From: a virus
Reading direction: 5' to 3' (one strand)
IMG/VR virus record: IMGVR_UViG_3300042975_000098
DNA length: 64,000 nt
Shown: one piece after another, positions 10,152 through 17,002 of the stretch
Layout of the letters: every line of letters starts with the position of its first letter
Position numbering within the stretch: position 1 is the first letter of the stretch
Notes under the pieces: generated by a model
What the model was told of the DNA's origin: nothing
Seen by the model: only the letters and a program-made list of their open reading frames with translations
The model's database searches: none
Program-made: the position numbers and the translations under genes

Positions 10152-10263
10152 CGCAATCCAACAAGAATGTTGGCAGAGACCAGAAATAACGTGGTTAGCG
10201 GCAGACGACGAGGATCGGTTCTTCACGGACTATGGAGTGTTCGATTCCTCAGAGTCTGCCAAT

Positions 10264-10336
10264 GGCTGTGAAGCTCTACGGTTTGAGCACCTTCCCGTCG
10301 AGAAGGATGAAGCGGGTTCGACTCCCGGCATAGTCG
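10264..10336 (+). tRNA. tRNA-Asp(GTC), C33
   Basis: GGCTGTG/CATAGTC, CCTTC-ccGTCga-GAAGG. Confidence 0.85.
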
Positions 10337-10339
10337 CTT

Positions 10340-10451
10340 GTATCCGGCATCTATACTTCAGGAATGGCTCCTAGCCATTCCATGATGCCCGGTGAGAAAC
10401 ACATGGGGACGTGAAAACAGCACGAGAACATGCACGCCTCACCGTCTGTTT
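10340..10451 (+). ncRNA. Unclassified pseudoknotted structured RNA, copy 1
   Basis: Four stems covary with copy 2 (12413-12523); loop AAACAG complementary to 3' CTGTTT. Confidence 0.8.
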
Positions 10452-10538
10452 ACTTTACGGCGGTGATGTTACGACCAATGAGGCGGGCGAAAACTCATAA
10501 AGCATCTCACATGATGTCCGTTAAGCATCATTTCTTAT

Positions 10539-10609
10539 TCCCCTGTAGTTCAACGGCAGAACGAATGACTGTTAATCATTTAATGAAAGTTCGATTCTTT
10601 CTAGGGGAG
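10539..10609 (+). tRNA. tRNA-Asn(GTT)
   Basis: TCCCCTG/TAGGGGA, AATGA-ctGTTaa-TCATT. Confidence 0.9.
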
Positions 10610-10625
10610 CGTCAGCACACTCCGC

Positions 10626-11018
10626 ATGGAGAACCTGAAATGGGTCACTGGCAGCACGTACGGTTCAAAATGGAACCATTCCGCGCAGCAGGAAGCAATC
10701 GCGCACGCCACCGCCCGGATCGGCGTGACCACGAAACAGGTAAACCCAAAGAACACCTCGCAATCATGCTCACGATGCGGCGCCAGAATCACGCATGACA
10801 CGAGCAAGAGAACAATCCACTGCCCCGCATGCGACCTCACCATGGACAGGGATTATAACGCAGCAATCAACATCGCACACATCACGAGAACGCACCCCGC
10901 GAGTCATTACGGTAATCGCGGGGGTAAGTGTAGCGGACCGGATGGTCCGCAGCTTATGGGGCTGGGTGCTCCTGTGGGCGCGCTAGGAAGTGGTACTGTT
11001 ATAGGTATTGCAACTTAG
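10626..11018 (+). mobile_element. tnpB: IS200/IS605-family TnpB C-terminal remnant
   Basis: VNPKNTSQSCSRCG...CPACDLTMDRDYNAAINI zinc ribbon plus RuvC-III motif; N-terminal part absent. Confidence 0.85.
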
Positions 11019-11061
11019 TGCGTCACCGTATGATTACATAGTTAACAAGTAATCATCATAT

Positions 11062-11099
11062 TGTGGATTGGCAGAGCGGCAATTGCGGCTGACTGTAGA
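11062..11099 (+). pseudogene. 5' half of a tRNA-Tyr(GTA)
   Basis: GTGGATTGGCAGAGCGGC..TGCGGCTGACTGTAGA matches the 5' half of the Tyr tRNA at 13321; no T arm follows. Confidence 0.65.
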
Positions 11100-11156
11100 T
11101 GCGCTTTTACCACTGCGTGGATTGCTTGTCCTCATGATGACAATAAAAGCATGAAC

Positions 11157-11229
11157 GCCTCTATAGTTCAATTGGTAGAACACCGGACTTTTACTCCGGG
11201 TGTTGTCTGTTCGAGTCAGATTGGGGGCA
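11157..11229 (+). tRNA. tRNA-Lys(TTT)
   Basis: CCGGA-ctTTTac-TCCGG; GCCTCTA/TGGGGGC. Confidence 0.85.
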
Positions 11230-11548
11230 CGCAATCCATGTAGTTTTGGATTACATTCAAGACTTAAGTTCCTTGTTATTAGCGCAAAAATAAAAATACT
11301 ATATTACCGCGCGACATGCCGATTGAACGCAGATTTGCGCTCATGAGAACTTCGTGTTATGATAATAATCATTAACGCGCTGGTTGATAACATAATAGTG
11401 ATTAGTTGTGGGGCTTGTTCATCAGGTGTGTCGGTGATGATTTATACAGGTTCGATTCCTGTTACAAGCACGATGATCCACGGGTTCGGCTTGTTACCTG
11501 ACTCTTGTGTGGGTCACGTCGGGAGTCACTAACCCGACGTTAAACTCT

Positions 11549-11637
11549 GGTTGATTGGCCGAGCATGGTTTATGGCACCTGTCTTGAAAACAGGCGTGGG
11601 GCAACACCCACCGGGGGTTCGAATCCCTCATCAACCG
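11549..11637 (+). tRNA. tRNA-Ser(TGA)
   Basis: CCTGT-ctTGAaa-ACAGG, long variable arm, G73. Confidence 0.92.
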
Positions 11638-11749
11638 CGCAGTTCCAGTAGGCTTTGAGTTAGTCGCGTAGTTAACTACTACCATGGTTAGTTGTGACCG
11701 CTAACGAGCCGAACGCATATAGCAACCGAGCGGGTGCAAGGCCCGCGAT

Positions 11750-11823
11750 GCTTCCATAGCCCAATAGGTAGAGGCAGTAGATTTAGGATCTACTCAGTGC
11801 GGGTTCGACTCCTGCTGGAAGCA
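11750..11823 (+). tRNA. tRNA-Leu(TAG), short variable loop
   Basis: GCTTCCA/TGGAAGC, GTAGA-ttTAGga-TCTAC. Confidence 0.9.
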
Positions 11824-11826
11824 CAA

Positions 11827-11915
11827 TGTCTGAATCGCTTACCAGAAGAGGAGCAGCGGCCTAAAAGCCGTGCCGGCTCATTACCGACCCGTAGGGTGAG
11901 ACTCCCACCAGACAG
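11827..11915 (+). pseudogene. Degenerate class II tRNA-like gene (possibly Leu-derived)
   Basis: TGTCTG/CAGACA ends, GCGGC-ctaaaa-GCCGT 6-nt loop, variable arm, variant T loop TGAGACT; partial second copy after 12068. Confidence 0.4.
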
Positions 11916-11998
11916 GAACCAAGAAGCCATTATGACGATAATGCGCGGATTGGCTCACCCTTGCGTTATGATGATAACGTGTCGACATAACGCAAGGT

Positions 11999-12068
11999 GC
12001 TTCCATAGCCCAACAGGTAGAGGCGGCAAGGAACCGTTACAGTGCTGGTTCGAGTCCAGCTGGAAGCA
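11999..12068 (+). pseudogene. tRNA-Leu pseudogene with deletion in the anticodon arm
   Basis: Paralog of the 11750 and 14213 tRNAs; arm reduced to GGC-AAGGA-ACCGTT. Confidence 0.7.
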
Positions 12069-12213
12069 CGATGTCCGAATAGCTTGTGTCCGGTCATGCC
12101 AGCGGCCTACAAGCCGCTCCGGTTCATTACCGGTATACGTTCGCCGCCGATGACACATGCCGGCGAACTGGTCACCATTCATCTTGTTGCGTGGCCGCGA
12201 GCATGAAACCGCG

Positions 12214-12256
12214 CGACACGCCGGCGATTGAAAACGTTCAACCATTGTGGTATCTT
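12214..12256 (+). promoter_or_regulatory. Sigma70-type promoter with CGACACGCCGGCG motif
   Basis: TTGAAA-17-TATCTT with extended TG. Confidence 0.6.
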
Positions 12257-12340
12257 GTAATCATAGCGCAACGGGAGGAATGAACATGAGCACGGAAGCC
12301 TGAACAGCTGACCGATGAGCATTGATTGAATGCCACGGCA

Positions 12341-12409
12341 GTTCATGATTCCAATAGGGGAATCGTCGGCGGTAACGCTGACGAGCGGGTTCGAGTCCCG
12401 TCATGAACA
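12341..12409 (+). ncRNA. Anticodon-less tRNA-like RNA, copy 1 (69 nt)
   Basis: GTTCATG/CATGAAC acceptor, D-like hairpin, 8-bp stem with GGTAAC loop, canonical T arm. Confidence 0.75.
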
Positions 12410-12412
12410 CTA

Positions 12413-12523
12413 GTATCCGGTGTCCATACATAGAGTCGGCCCCTGGCCGGCTCACGACACCCGGTCGGAAACGCATGGGAGCATGAAAACAGCATGTGAG
12501 CATGAACGCCCGACCGTCTGTTT
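12413..12523 (+). ncRNA. Unclassified pseudoknotted structured RNA, copy 2
   Basis: Compensatory changes relative to 10340-10451. Confidence 0.8.
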
Positions 12524-12574
12524 CTTTTCCCGCGCGACGCAATGCGCGGGTCGCGTCCCCTAGGGGCGCGGGTG

Positions 12575-12643
12575 GTTCATGGTTCCGATAGGGGAATCGC
12601 CGGCGAAAGCACCGGCGAGCGGGTTCGAGTCCCGTCATGAACA
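12575..12643 (+). ncRNA. Anticodon-less tRNA-like RNA, copy 2 (69 nt)
   Basis: Same fold as 12341-12409; central stem capped by a GAAA tetraloop. Confidence 0.75.
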
Positions 12644-12968
12644 CTAGAGTCTGATTCGCTGTGGTGGCGATGAAAAAGCTCAAGACTCGATACGCAAGCA
12701 TGAATGCATAGAGCAATAGTTTCATGTAGCTGCTGGTGCTGCTTAAACAGGTCGCGGTAAACGAATAACCAGATGATTCACGGGCGGCATCCCGTGATGA
12801 CATGAAAAGCATGAGGCCAACCACCGATTGCTTCCTGTTCCCTACGTTAGTGGGGTCCTAGGATAGTGGCAAGATGGTGAAACCCCGTCGAGGAGCATGA
12901 GAGCGGATGACATGATTAATCATTCGCGTGGCAGGAATCTAAAACCCTGCCACCTATGCTCCGTTTAT

Positions 12969-13042
12969 GCTTCTATGGCTCAATTGGTTAAAGCAACTGA
13001 CTCTTAATCAGTGGATTTCGGGTTCGAGTCCCGATGGAAGCA
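12969..13042 (+). tRNA. tRNA-Lys(CTT)
   Basis: ACTGA-ctCTTaa-TCAGT. Confidence 0.92.
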
Positions 13043-13065
13043 CGTATCAACATATGTTGATATGT

Positions 13066-13211
13066 GGGGCGACCAAGGTGGTGAACAGCGGGAGTGGTTA
13101 ACCGTGAGAAACCATAGGTCAGCAGTGGTGGCGGGTTAACCGTCCGTCACTGAGAAAGCCCGTGCGCTGTCAAAGCGATACGGTATCACGGTTCGAATCC
13201 GTGGCGCTCCA
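13066..13211 (+). ncRNA. 146-nt tRNA-Ala-like / mini-tmRNA-like RNA
   Basis: GGGGCG.../CGCTCC-A acceptor with G3.U70 and A73, perfect T arm CACGG-TTCGAAT-CCGTG, large internal insert, no anticodon arm. Confidence 0.6.
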
Positions 13212-13320
13212 CTATGCCGGTGCCCTCCCATGTTCGCACAATACCATGGGTTCACATCGGCGATGCCGTGTGTACGACCGCGAGAGCGGGCGGATGCCGG
13301 GCATGGGTTCATGGATATTT

Positions 13321-13402
13321 GGTGGGTTGGCAGAGTTGGTCAAATGCGGTCGGCTGTAAACCGACTCCTACGGGTACGGGGGTTCGAATCCCTCACCCAC
13401 CA
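13321..13402 (+). tRNA. tRNA-Tyr(GTA)
   Basis: GTCGG-ctGTAaa-CCGAC, variable arm. Confidence 0.92.
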
Positions 13403-13519
13403 CGACGGGTACTGGCAGGCATCTTGGATATCGGGAATAGCCATAAGGTTGATTACCGGAAGCGATTTCCCGAAGCTCCGCCCCTCATCATGACGCCGAT
13501 TTGATCACTCATGATGTAT

Positions 13520-13590
13520 ACGCCTATGGTGCAGTGGCAGCACAAGAGCTTCCAAACCTCCTGATCTGGGTTCGATTCCTGGTGGGCGTG
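13520..13590 (+). tRNA. tRNA-Trp(CCA) (alternative reading Gly(TCC))
   Basis: A1-U72 and G73 favour Trp; anticodon stem has mismatches (AGAGC-ttCCAaa-CCTCC). Confidence 0.6.
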
Positions 13591-13595
13591 CGTAT

Positions 13596-13668
13596 GGTCC
13601 CATAGAGCAACGGTCACCTCGCCTGATTCTCAATCAGGAGATTCCGGGTTCGAATCCCGGTGGGACTA
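13596..13668 (+). tRNA. tRNA-Glu(CTC)
   Basis: CCTGA-ttCTCaa-TCAGG. Confidence 0.92.
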
Positions 13669-13832
13669 CTGGTCATCGGCAATACGCGAACGACGGGATA
13701 CCTGCCGCTCACGGTGCCAACGGGCGTTGGCGATGACATGGTTTGCTGGGAGCCGAAGACCAGCCGGTATGATGCCGCCGCGGAATCACCGCGAGCGACA
13801 CTGTTCATCGAATCTCCGTCAAGGATTCGAAT

Positions 13833-13905
13833 GGCCACGAGGTTCTACGGTTTGAACACCTGCCTGTCGAGCAGGACCAAGCGGGTTCGACTCCCGTCGT
13901 GGTCG
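13833..13905 (+). tRNA. tRNA-Asp(GTC)
   Basis: CCTGC-ctGTCga-GCAGG; paralog of 10264. Confidence 0.88.
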
Positions 13906-14078
13906 CGATCATCGTCATGCCGATGCCAAGCGCCGGCGACAATGAATCGCCGACACCGGTCGGCGATGGCAGTCGGGTTACTCCTCAAACGCGAACGGTT
14001 CGACTCCGAGCGCGAGCGAGTGGAACGCTGCCATCAACGCCGGCGGGCACGCACATGTCGCCATGCCCGTCGGCGTTC

Positions 14079-14152
14079 GCTCGTCTAGCCCAATCGGCAG
14101 AGGCGACGGTTTCAAAAGCCGTACAGTGCGGGTTCGAATCCCGCGGCGAGCA
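14079..14152 (+). tRNA. tRNA-Leu(CAA), short variable loop
   Basis: ACGGT-ttCAAaa-GCCGT. Confidence 0.9.
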
Positions 14153-14212
14153 CGCGCGTTGCCAACGAACGCCATCGATTGTCGAGCGATGGGGCGCCAT
14201 ACAGCGAGTCAA

Positions 14213-14285
14213 GCTTCCGTAGCCCAACGGCAGAGGCAGTGGTCTAAGGAACCACACAGTGCGAGTTCGAGTCTCGCCGGGAGCA
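14213..14285 (+). tRNA. tRNA-Leu(AAG), A34
   Basis: GTGGT-ctAAGga-ACCAC. Confidence 0.88.
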
Positions 14286-14286
14286 C

Positions 14287-14426
14287 GATGACGGAGGTGA
14301 TGATCGGGGTTACTTCTCATGTTAAGGGGGAGGTTCCGGGTTCGAATCCCGGTCGGTTGGCCTTGCGCCTTCCGGTAGCTCAACGGCAGAGCGCCAATAT
14401 TCCCCGGTCGGTTTTTACCCGTCATC
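14287..14426 (+). ncRNA. Circularly permuted tRNA-like / YrlA-like RNA, copy 1
   Basis: Outer stem enclosing, in order, anticodon-like hairpin, T arm, looped acceptor stem and D arm. Confidence 0.8.
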
Positions 14427-14431
14427 AACAT

Positions 14432-14518
14432 GGTCGGTTGTCCGAGTCCGGTTTAAGGAACCTGTCCAGAAAACAGGCATGGCCGACGCCATCGGGGGTT
14501 CGAATCCCTCACCGACCG
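14432..14518 (+). tRNA. tRNA-Ser(AGA), A34, C33
   Basis: CCTGT-ccAGAaa-ACAGG, long variable arm, G73. Confidence 0.88.
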
Positions 14519-14985
14519 CGCGCCGTTGATAATCGCTCATCATGTGGTATAAATAGACGCTGATGTTTTGTACGTAATGGTATAATACATCACGCATTGA
14601 TGCGAGGAATCGTGTCAATACGCAGCGTGATGGTAATGAGCAGCGTAACTCCTCGACTCATGACGGTGAATCAATTATTAGCGTCCCCAGCACGATTAAC
14701 GCTGGTTAGATGCAAGACACCGCCGAGGAGGGATTACTACTTACTACTCACCGCGTCATGCAACCGGGATGGCGGCTCTCGCCTCCTACCCGGTAGAGGG
14801 TACTGCAGTGCACCCAGTGAGGCGCGAGCCTCACGAACACTAAGCGTAGCGCAATTTGTACTATCGCTTAATAACTGTTATACTCATGATGGGCGACGAT
14901 CAACGCCCGATGTTCCCCACGCTAACGGGGGTTCATCACGTTGCAGTTCCAGCTGTATCTATCCCCCACGCAAATGGGGGTGTAC

Positions 14986-15059
14986 GCTTCCATAGCTCAA
15001 TTGGTTAGAGCATCCGCCTCTTAAGCGGAGGGTTGTGGGTCCGAGTCCCACTGGGAGCA
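14986..15059 (+). tRNA. tRNA-Lys(CTT)
   Basis: TCCGC-ctCTTaa-GCGGA; T loop TCCGAGT. Confidence 0.88.
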
Positions 15060-15060
15060 C

Positions 15061-15261
15061 GATGACGGAGGTGATGATCGAGGTTACTTCCATGATAAGG
15101 GGAGGTTCCGGGTTCGAATCTCGGCCGGTCGGCCTTAGCCGGTCGCCGGCTTGCTTGGCGGTTCTCGCTTCGCGGTTCGAATCCCGGTCGGTTGGCCTTG
15201 CGCCTTCCGGTAGCTCAATGGTTAGAGCGCCCTAACCCTCGATCGGTTTTTACCCGTCATC
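15061..15261 (+). ncRNA. Circularly permuted tRNA-like / YrlA-like RNA, copy 2, with internal duplication
   Basis: Same ends as copy 1 with compensatory change in the outer stem (GATCGAGG/CCTCGATC); two T-arm motifs. Confidence 0.75.
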
Positions 15262-15266
15262 AACAC

Positions 15267-15355
15267 GGTCGGTTGTCCGAGTCCGGTTTAAGGAGCCTGC
15301 TTCGAATACAGGTGTGGCCGCAAGACCACCGGGGGTTCGAATCCCTCACCGACCG
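15267..15355 (+). tRNA. tRNA-Ser(CGA)
   Basis: CCTGC-ttCGAat-ACAGG; paralog of 14432. Confidence 0.88.
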
Positions 15356-15405
15356 CTAGCGGTGCGCCATCGATCGATGCCCGCGCCGCCGATATCGCCG
15401 TCAAC

Positions 15406-15479
15406 GGGGGTTTAGCTCAGTCGGTTAGAGCAAACGACTCATAATCGTTCGGTCCAGGGTTCAAGCCCCTGAATCCCCA
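15406..15479 (+). tRNA. tRNA-Met/Ile2(CAT)
   Basis: AACGA-ctCATaa-TCGTT; elongator-type. Confidence 0.88.
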
Positions 15480-15496
15480 CACGTGGTATGTATCTT

Positions 15497-15570
15497 GTCG
15501 ACGTAGCTCAGATGGCCAGAGCGCCGAGTCGAAGCCTCGGAGGTCGTTCGTTCGATGCGAACCGTCGACA
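15497..15570 (+). tRNA. tRNA-Phe(GAA), C33
   Basis: CCGAG-tcGAAgc-CTCGG; GTCGACG/CGTCGAC. Confidence 0.85.
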
Positions 15571-15628
15571 CTGGGGAGCGGTCAGCCGCTCCAGCCCGCG
15601 ATCGGCATCAGTCGAGGGCATTAACCAT

Positions 15629-15711
15629 ATGTCGGCATCAGATTGGTGACTCAAGCGCTCTCCAAAAGCGTCGCCCCTCGGGGCTTGCAGGTTCGAATCC
15701 TGCCCGGCGTG
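15629..15711 (+). tRNA. tRNA-Trp(CCA) with long variable arm
   Basis: GCGCT-ctCCAaa-AGCGT, GCCCC/GGGGC variable stem, weak D arm. Confidence 0.65.
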
Positions 15712-15786
15712 CTCATTCCCCTGTTTGACTGATCGACGGCTCATAGTATGATGATGAGCAACTTGCCAATCAATCAGGGGGGGACA

Positions 15787-16350
15787 ATGAAACCGATCGT
15801 CTGCCATGGCGATATCACCACCATGAACGTGGATGCGATAGTCAACGCAGCCAACAGTGAGCTCGCGCGGGGCCGCGGCGTGTGCGGAGCCATTTTCGCC
15901 GCCGCCGGTGACGACGCCGGGCGATTACAGGACGAGTGCTTCTCGAAAGCGCCCGTACGCCCCGGCGGCGCCGTGCTGACGAAAGCTTACGGTCTGCCCG
16001 CGCGATTCATCATCCACGCGGTCGGCCCGGTGTACGACCCTGCCGACGCCGCCGGCAGCGAGCGGCTTCTCCGCTCAACGTATGATGCCGCGCTGGCGAT
16101 AGCCGACGAGCATCATATGGGCAGCGTCGCGTTCCCGCTGATATCCTCGGGGATCTACGGTTATCCTCATGATGACGCGCTGGCGATAGCGCTCGACGCG
16201 CTGGCAGGTCATCGCAATCGGAATGAACGGCATATGGATGTTTACCTTGTCCTGTTCGATTCCTCGCGCGAAGCCGTCCCATCATGGTGGCGGCGCGCCA
16301 TCGGGAACGTCATCGCCTCCATACTCCAACGGCAGAGAGTGCGGGCCTAA
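15787..16350 (+). CDS. Macro domain protein (YmdB-like ADP-ribose hydrolase)
   Basis: GDIT, DAIVNAAN, GRGVCGAI, IIHAVGP, AFPLISSGIYGYP. Confidence 0.92.
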   Translation: MKPIVCHGDITTMNVDAIVNAANSELARGRGVCGAIFAAAGDDAGRLQDECFSKAPVRPGGAVLTKAYGLPARFIIHAVGPVYDPADAAGSERLLRSTYDAALAIADEHHMGSVAFPLISSGIYGYPHDDALAIALDALAGHRNRNERHMDVYLVLFDSSREAVPSWWRRAIGNVIASILQRQRVRA

Positions 16351-16387
16351 ACCCCGCTGGTTCCCGGTTCGAATCCGGGTGGGGGCA
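16315..16387 (+). tRNA. tRNA-Leu(TAA), C33; overlaps the 3' end of the macro gene
   Basis: GCGGG-ccTAAac-CCCGC; GCCTCCA/TGGGGGC. Confidence 0.82.
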
Positions 16388-16687
16388 CTTCGGTTAGTTC
16401 AATCGTCGCATTCGCGTCGCGATCCCAATCACTCGCTTCGCGGAGGTCGGCGCCAAGTCCTGACGGCGATTGGGAGCCATCAGGGATGAGGTAGAACGCC
16501 GGGAGCATATCCCGGAGATGTCGTGCGAATCGACGCCAATCACGTATGCGGTCGCGGCCATCGACGTCGCAGGCGCATCATTCGACTCCATGCGCTGGGC
16601 ATGGGACGGCCGCACAGGCCGTCAGCGGGTTCGACTCCCGGTCGGGTGACGATGGCGGGAGCGGGCGGTCGCTCCCGCCGTCATTTC

Positions 16688-16761
16688 GCGGACATAGCTT
16701 AGCTGGTTAAAGCGCGACCTTGCCAAGGTCGAGACCGCGGGTTCGAGTCCCGCTGTCCGCT
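16688..16761 (+). tRNA. tRNA-Gly(GCC)
   Basis: CGACC-ttGCCaa-GGTCG. Confidence 0.95.
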
Positions 16762-16817
16762 CGATGACGCACGCCGGAGACAATCATCGCCGGCACCGTC
16801 AGCATCAGTGTACGTTC

Positions 16818-16891
16818 GCTCACGTGGCGCAGCCGGTCAGCGCGCCTGCATCACACGCAGGAGGTCCGTGGTTCGATCCCACGCGCGAGCA
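16818..16891 (+). tRNA. tRNA-Val(CAC)
   Basis: CCTGC-atCACac-GCAGG. Confidence 0.9.
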
Positions 16892-16931
16892 CGACCACGG
16901 TCGATGACGATCATCGCCGACCGTTGGCAAT

Positions 16932-17002
16932 GCGGGTATGGCTTAATGGCAGAGCATCGTCCTTCCAAGTCGATCATGCGGGTTCGATTCCCGCTGCCCG
17001 CT
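16932..17002 (+). tRNA. tRNA-Gly(TCC)
   Basis: ctTCCaa loop, GCGGGTA/TGCCCGC, U73. Confidence 0.9.

Noticed and set aside
10340-10451. Assignment of the pseudoknot RNA to HDV/theta, hammerhead, twister or ZTP families
   Set aside because: No 3-bp P3 or P2 pairing to the 3' end, no CUGANGA core, no ZTP pairing partner; left unclassified
13960-14015. tRNA-like T arm CGGTTCGACTCCG
   Set aside because: No matching acceptor or D arm; remnant only
16600-16650. Possible Cys/Val tRNA
   Set aside because: Anticodon-like hairpin and T arm present, but no 5' acceptor strand or D arm
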